The notes beneath the pieces were generated by a model, which worked only from the letters and a program-made list of their open reading frames with translations, was not told the origin of the DNA and did no database searches. A stretch of DNA of 64,000 nucleotides, taken from contig JBAXND010000017.1 in the NCBI GenBank assembly GCA_037133915.1, forward strand, positions 1,345 through 65,344. Direction: 5' to 3'. The position numbers were made by a program, and so were the translations under genes. How positions within the stretch are numbered: position 1 is the first letter of the stretch; every line of letters starts with the position of its first letter. Positions 60,838 through 64,000 of this stretch are shown here, piece after piece. The stretch comes from Bacteroidota bacterium. Its GTDB lineage: Bacteria > Bacteroidota > Bacteroidia > Bacteroidales > CAIWKO01.

Positions 60838-60900
60838 GTGAAAAATGAAGAATGAAAAGTGAAGAATGAAAAATGAAGAATGAATAACGAGGAGTGATAA
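60838..60900 (+). repeat. Heptanucleotide tract RTGAARA x7-9
   Basis: Reads gtgaaaa atgaaga atgaaaa gtgaaga atgaaaa atgaaga atgaata acgagga gtgataa. Confidence 0.9.
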
Positions 60901-60926
60901 ATCGGTCAAGCTATTCAGGGATGGTC

Positions 60927-61104
60927 ACCTATTACTTATTAACTATTAATGCCAATCAAGACTTGAAAATTTAACTCTGTGGCTCTCTGCGCCTTCTCCG
61001 TGTGCCTCTGTGAAATAAAATAAACTGACACGGAGAAACACAGAGTTATCACGGAGTTACACAGAGAAAATCTAACCCTTGATTCGCATTATTACCTATT
61101 AACT
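60927..61104. mobile_element. MITE-like nested element: heptad direct repeats, a 7-bp inverted repeat and a CTCTGTG/CACGGAG palindromic core
   Basis: The outer heptads are acctatt acttatt aactatt (60927-60947) and cattatt acctatt aact (61087-61104). The inverted repeat is AATCAAG (60954-60960) / CTTGATT (61078-61084). The core (60975-61066) has CTCTGTG/CTCCGTG words on the left arm and CACGGAG/CACAGAG words at 61029, 61039, 61050 and 61060 on the right arm. Confidence 0.5.
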
Positions 61105-63324
61105 GATTCTGCTGATATTTTCCACGCCGTTTATTTTGCGCAGATTTTCGATGAGGTTTCGCAGCTGGTCGGTATTGTGAATGTAAACATTGAGTGTGCC
61201 TTCAAATAGCCCGTTGGTGGTTTGCAGGTTGATGGAGCGCATGTTGATGCTGAGCTGTTTTGAAATCACGTTGGTGATATCGCGCATCAGTCCCATGTGG
61301 TCAATACCTTTGAGATGGATTCCGGCAAGAAATTCGATTGCGTGATTTTCGCGCCACTTGGTTTTGATAAGTCTGTTGCCGTAAGTTGACATGAGTTGTG
61401 TGGCGCTTTTACAACTGGTGCGGTGAACAATAATTTTACCGTTGGCTTCCATGATACCGATAACGTCATCGCCCGGAATGGGGCTGCAGCAGCCGGAAAG
61501 CGAATATTTGATGCTTTCAACACTGTCGCCCAGCAGCAGGGTTTTATTCTTCATGTCGCCCGGAGTCATCTCGTCGGGAGTTTCGGGGGCATCGGCCTGA
61601 GCACGCGGGCGCGCAAACGGGCGACGCAAATACTTGAACCAGTTGTCGCGCTCATGTTCAAGAAAACAGCTTCGTGCTTCTTTGCTGCCGATGAGGTCTT
61701 GTGCGATTTCTATAAAGAGGTCGGCGGTATTGGTGAGTTTGCAGAAATGTACAAACTTGTTCAGGTTGGGAGTCGTGAATTCTATCTTCAGCTCTGTGAA
61801 TATCTGAATGAGCTTTTCCTTGCCTTCGGTAGCAAGCTTTCTGCGCTCTTCTTTTATGTATGATTTTATCTGTGCCTTTGCTTTGGCAGTCGTTACCAGA
61901 TTAATCCATTCTTCTTTGGGCGATTGTTTTTCGGACGTAATGATTTCTACCTGGTCGCCGCTTTTAAGCACATGATTGAGCGGGCTGAGTTTGTGATTTA
62001 CCTTAGCACCTATACAGCTGTTGCCGATTTGCGAATGTATTGTGTATGCAAAATCGAGCGCCGTAGAACCTGTAGGCAGAGTGTACATATCGCCCTTGGG
62101 TGTGAACAGAAATATTTCGTCGGAGAATAAATTCAGTTTGAAGTCGTCGAGGAAGTCGAGCGCGTTTGATTCCGGGCTTTGCAGCAGTTCCCTGATTTTG
62201 GCGAGCCATTCGTCGAGCGCGTTTTCGTTTGCGCTCACGCCTTTGTACCGCCAATGCGCAGCATATCCTTTTTCGGCAATTTCGTCCATGCGGTTTGAAC
62301 GTATCTGCACCTCCACCCATTTGCCCGAATTGCTCATTACTGTGGTGTGTAACGATTCGTATCCGTTGGCTTTAGGAATGGAAATCCAGTCGCGCAAGCG
62401 CTCCTGATTCGGTCTGTAAAAATCGGTTACTATGGAATATACTTTCCAGCATTCTGCTTTTTCTTTATCAAGCGGAACATCAACTACAATGCGGATTGCA
62501 AAAAGGTCATACACTTCTTCAAAGGGAACTTCTTTTTTACGCATCTTTTCCCAGATAGAAAATACTGATTTGGTGCGGGCAATAATTGTGAAAGGAATGC
62601 CTTGCTCAGCCAGTACTTTTTTAATAGGGAAGATAAAATTATTGATAAACCGTTTACGTTCCGGCTCCGTTTCGGCGAGCTTTTGAGTAATGGTCTGGTA
62701 TATTTCCGGTTCGGTATTTTTGAATGCCAGATCTTCCAGTTCGCTCTTAATCGTGTAAAGACCGAGACGATGGGCGAGGGGAGCGTATAAATAAAATGTT
62801 TCGGAAGCAATTTTAAGCCGTTTTTCTTTGGTAAGCGAACCCAGTGTGCGCATGTTATGCAAACGGTCGGCAAGCTTTATTAAAATCACCCGCACATCGT
62901 CTGAAAGCGTAAGCAGTATTTTTCTGAAGTTCTCTGCCTGCATCGATTCAGTTTTATTATCGAGCAAACCCGAGATTTTTGTAAGACCATCAATGATACG
63001 GGCAACTTTTTCTCCGAAAAGGCCCTTCATGTCTTCAATGGTATAATCGGTGTCCTCAACCACATCATGCAGCAATGCACAGATAACGGATGTGGTGCCA
63101 AGCCCGATTTCACCTGCGGCTACAATAGCGACTTCTATGGGGTGATAAATGTAGGGTTCACCGCTTTTGCGGCGCATATCCTTATGGGCTTCAAGAGCCA
63201 GGTTGAAAGCTTTCCTGATCAGTATCTTGTCTTCCCTGCTGGTTCTTGGTTTGCAAACCTTAAGAAGATCGCGGTAACGGCTCAGGATTTCTTTTTTTTC
63301 CGTTAGGTTGTCAACAGCGTTCAT
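61099..63324 (-). CDS. Bifunctional (p)ppGpp synthetase/hydrolase, RelA/SpoT (RSH) family
   Basis: It has the HD hydrolase motif ALLHDVVEDT, a synthetase region (YESLHTTV...EVQIRS) and TGS and ACT-like C-terminal domains. Start set to ATG 63324 (MNAVDNLTEKKEIL) because a -7 box lies at 63350-63357, inside the longer ORF. Confidence 0.93.
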   Translation of the reverse strand: MNAVDNLTEKKEILSRYRDLLKVCKPRTSREDKILIRKAFNLALEAHKDMRRKSGEPYIYHPIEVAIVAAGEIGLGTTSVICALLHDVVEDTDYTIEDMKGLFGEKVARIIDGLTKISGLLDNKTESMQAENFRKILLTLSDDVRVILIKLADRLHNMRTLGSLTKEKRLKIASETFYLYAPLAHRLGLYTIKSELEDLAFKNTEPEIYQTITQKLAETEPERKRFINNFIFPIKKVLAEQGIPFTIIARTKSVFSIWEKMRKKEVPFEEVYDLFAIRIVVDVPLDKEKAECWKVYSIVTDFYRPNQERLRDWISIPKANGYESLHTTVMSNSGKWVEVQIRSNRMDEIAEKGYAAHWRYKGVSANENALDEWLAKIRELLQSPESNALDFLDDFKLNLFSDEIFLFTPKGDMYTLPTGSTALDFAYTIHSQIGNSCIGAKVNHKLSPLNHVLKSGDQVEIITSEKQSPKEEWINLVTTAKAKAQIKSYIKEERRKLATEGKEKLIQIFTELKIEFTTPNLNKFVHFCKLTNTADLFIEIAQDLIGSKEARSCFLEHERDNWFKYLRRPFARPRAQADAPETPDEMTPGDMKNKTLLLGDSVESIKYSLSGCCSPIPGDDVIGIMEANGKIIVHRTSCKSATQLMSTYGNRLIKTKWRENHAIEFLAGIHLKGIDHMGLMRDITNVISKQLSINMRSINLQTTNGLFEGTLNVYIHNTDQLRNLIENLRKINGVENISRIS

Positions 63325-63349
63325 ATCGTTACTCTGGTTACCGTGTTTA

Positions 63350-63357
63350 CAAAGGTA
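63350..63357 (-). promoter_or_regulatory. -7 box (TACCTTTG on the minus strand) for relA/spoT
   Basis: The plus strand reads CAAAGGTA, 26 nt upstream of ATG 63324. Confidence 0.45.
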
Positions 63358-63777
63358 GATAAAAAGAATATCCATACATAAAAAATGTAGCAACTGATGT
63401 CAGATTCCTTTCATGATTCGGGATTTTGAGTGTTGTGACAATCAATCATTGTTTAATCTGTGTAAATTACTGTTTTGTTGCTTTATATCATTGAAGTTTC
63501 TAGATAGTCTTTAAAATAATTTAACTTTTAGTGTGATTTTTTGAAAATATTCTATATGATTGATATGCAGGTATGTGTGATTGTAATATTTTTATAAAAT
63601 AGTTAGTGTACTGTAAATCAAATTGTTAAGTAAGTGTGTCCCGATTATTGCTATGACGTGCTGTGAATAAGGCTTTTCATTTTTTTTGTCCATGTAAGAT
63701 TAATGAGATTTTAATAAGCATCTGATTTTTTATAAGTTAATTAATTGTTACTGATGTAAAACGCACCGCTTGTGTAC

Positions 63778-63785
63778 TAACTTTG
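63778..63785 (+). promoter_or_regulatory. -7 box TAACTTTG for the partial gene at the window end
   Basis: Matches TAnnTTTG and lies 36 nt upstream of ATG 63821. Confidence 0.45.
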
Positions 63786-63820
63786 TGACTATTGCAATAA
63801 TAATCTTAACCTGAAATAAT

Positions 63821-64000
63821 ATGAGAAAAGTTCTATTCTTTTTATCTGCATTTCTTCTGTGTTCATTGGTTTACGGGCAAACCAATGTGTATCACGAAAA
63901 TTTTGAACAACCTTCCGGAGCCGATAGTGTTACCAGTTCCGGTGTTCCGGTTCCATGGGCTATCAACACCCGGCTCTTTGGTGGTGGTGCGCAATGCGAC
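63821..64000 (+). CDS. 5' end (60 codons, truncated by the window) of a secreted protein paralogous to the N-terminus of the 1915-aa T9SS cargo
   Basis: Hand translation gives MRKVLFFLSAFLLCSLVYGQTNVYHENFEQPSGADSVTSSGVPVPWAINTRLFGGGAQCD. The 33127-38874 product begins ...SAQSVIYHENFDPSSLADSVTSNGTPLGWAVSSRLSVSGPNCD. Confidence 0.75.
   Translation, partial: MRKVLFFLSAFLLCSLVYGQTNVYHENFEQPSGADSVTSSGVPVPWAINTRLFGGGAQCD

Overview
This window is a chromosomal segment from a Bacteroidota-type genome. The lineage call rests on many secreted ORFs ending in T9SS (Por) C-terminal sorting domains, on TAnnTTTG -7 boxes 20-60 nt upstream of start codons, and on gene order. All calls come from reading the sequence and ORF translations; no search or computation was run.

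The core content is as follows:
- ispG and an SF1 UvrD/PcrA-type helicase lie on the minus strand.
- A complete, uninterrupted str-S10-spc-alpha ribosomal superoperon runs from rpsL to rplQ (4916-23122). It includes secY, map and infA, plus two genes under 60 aa that are missing from the ORF track and were located by hand: rpmD (16765-16944) and rpmJ (19826-19942).
- Housekeeping genes follow: eno, mtnP, a CcmF-like heme lyase, an S46 dipeptidyl-peptidase, an ArsR-family regulator with a tryptophanase/tyrosine phenol-lyase family enzyme, gcvP, rsmE, purA, fur and relA/spoT.

The accessory content is as follows:
- A 1915-aa modular T9SS cargo protein (33127-38874) has an N-terminal paralog starting at 63821.
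- Two divergent T9SS cargo genes of unknown function lie at 42063-44562.
- The most interesting region is an island at 51581-60493 between relA/spoT and fur. It encodes a 2037-aa SpvB-N / FG-GAP / RHS-cage protein, which looks like a TcB-TcC fusion. This protein carries an unrecognisable 257-aa C-terminal payload and is followed by four unknown small genes: two AT-rich membrane proteins, an outer-membrane beta-barrel, and a mini-protein made of one YD repeat plus a T9SS CTD. No TcA, T6SS or PAAR gene is visible in the window.

Several intergenic regions also carry an unexplained family of period-7 (and 21-bp) repeat tracts, a recurring TCCGCC-NNN-GGCGGA hairpin, and one MITE-like palindromic element.
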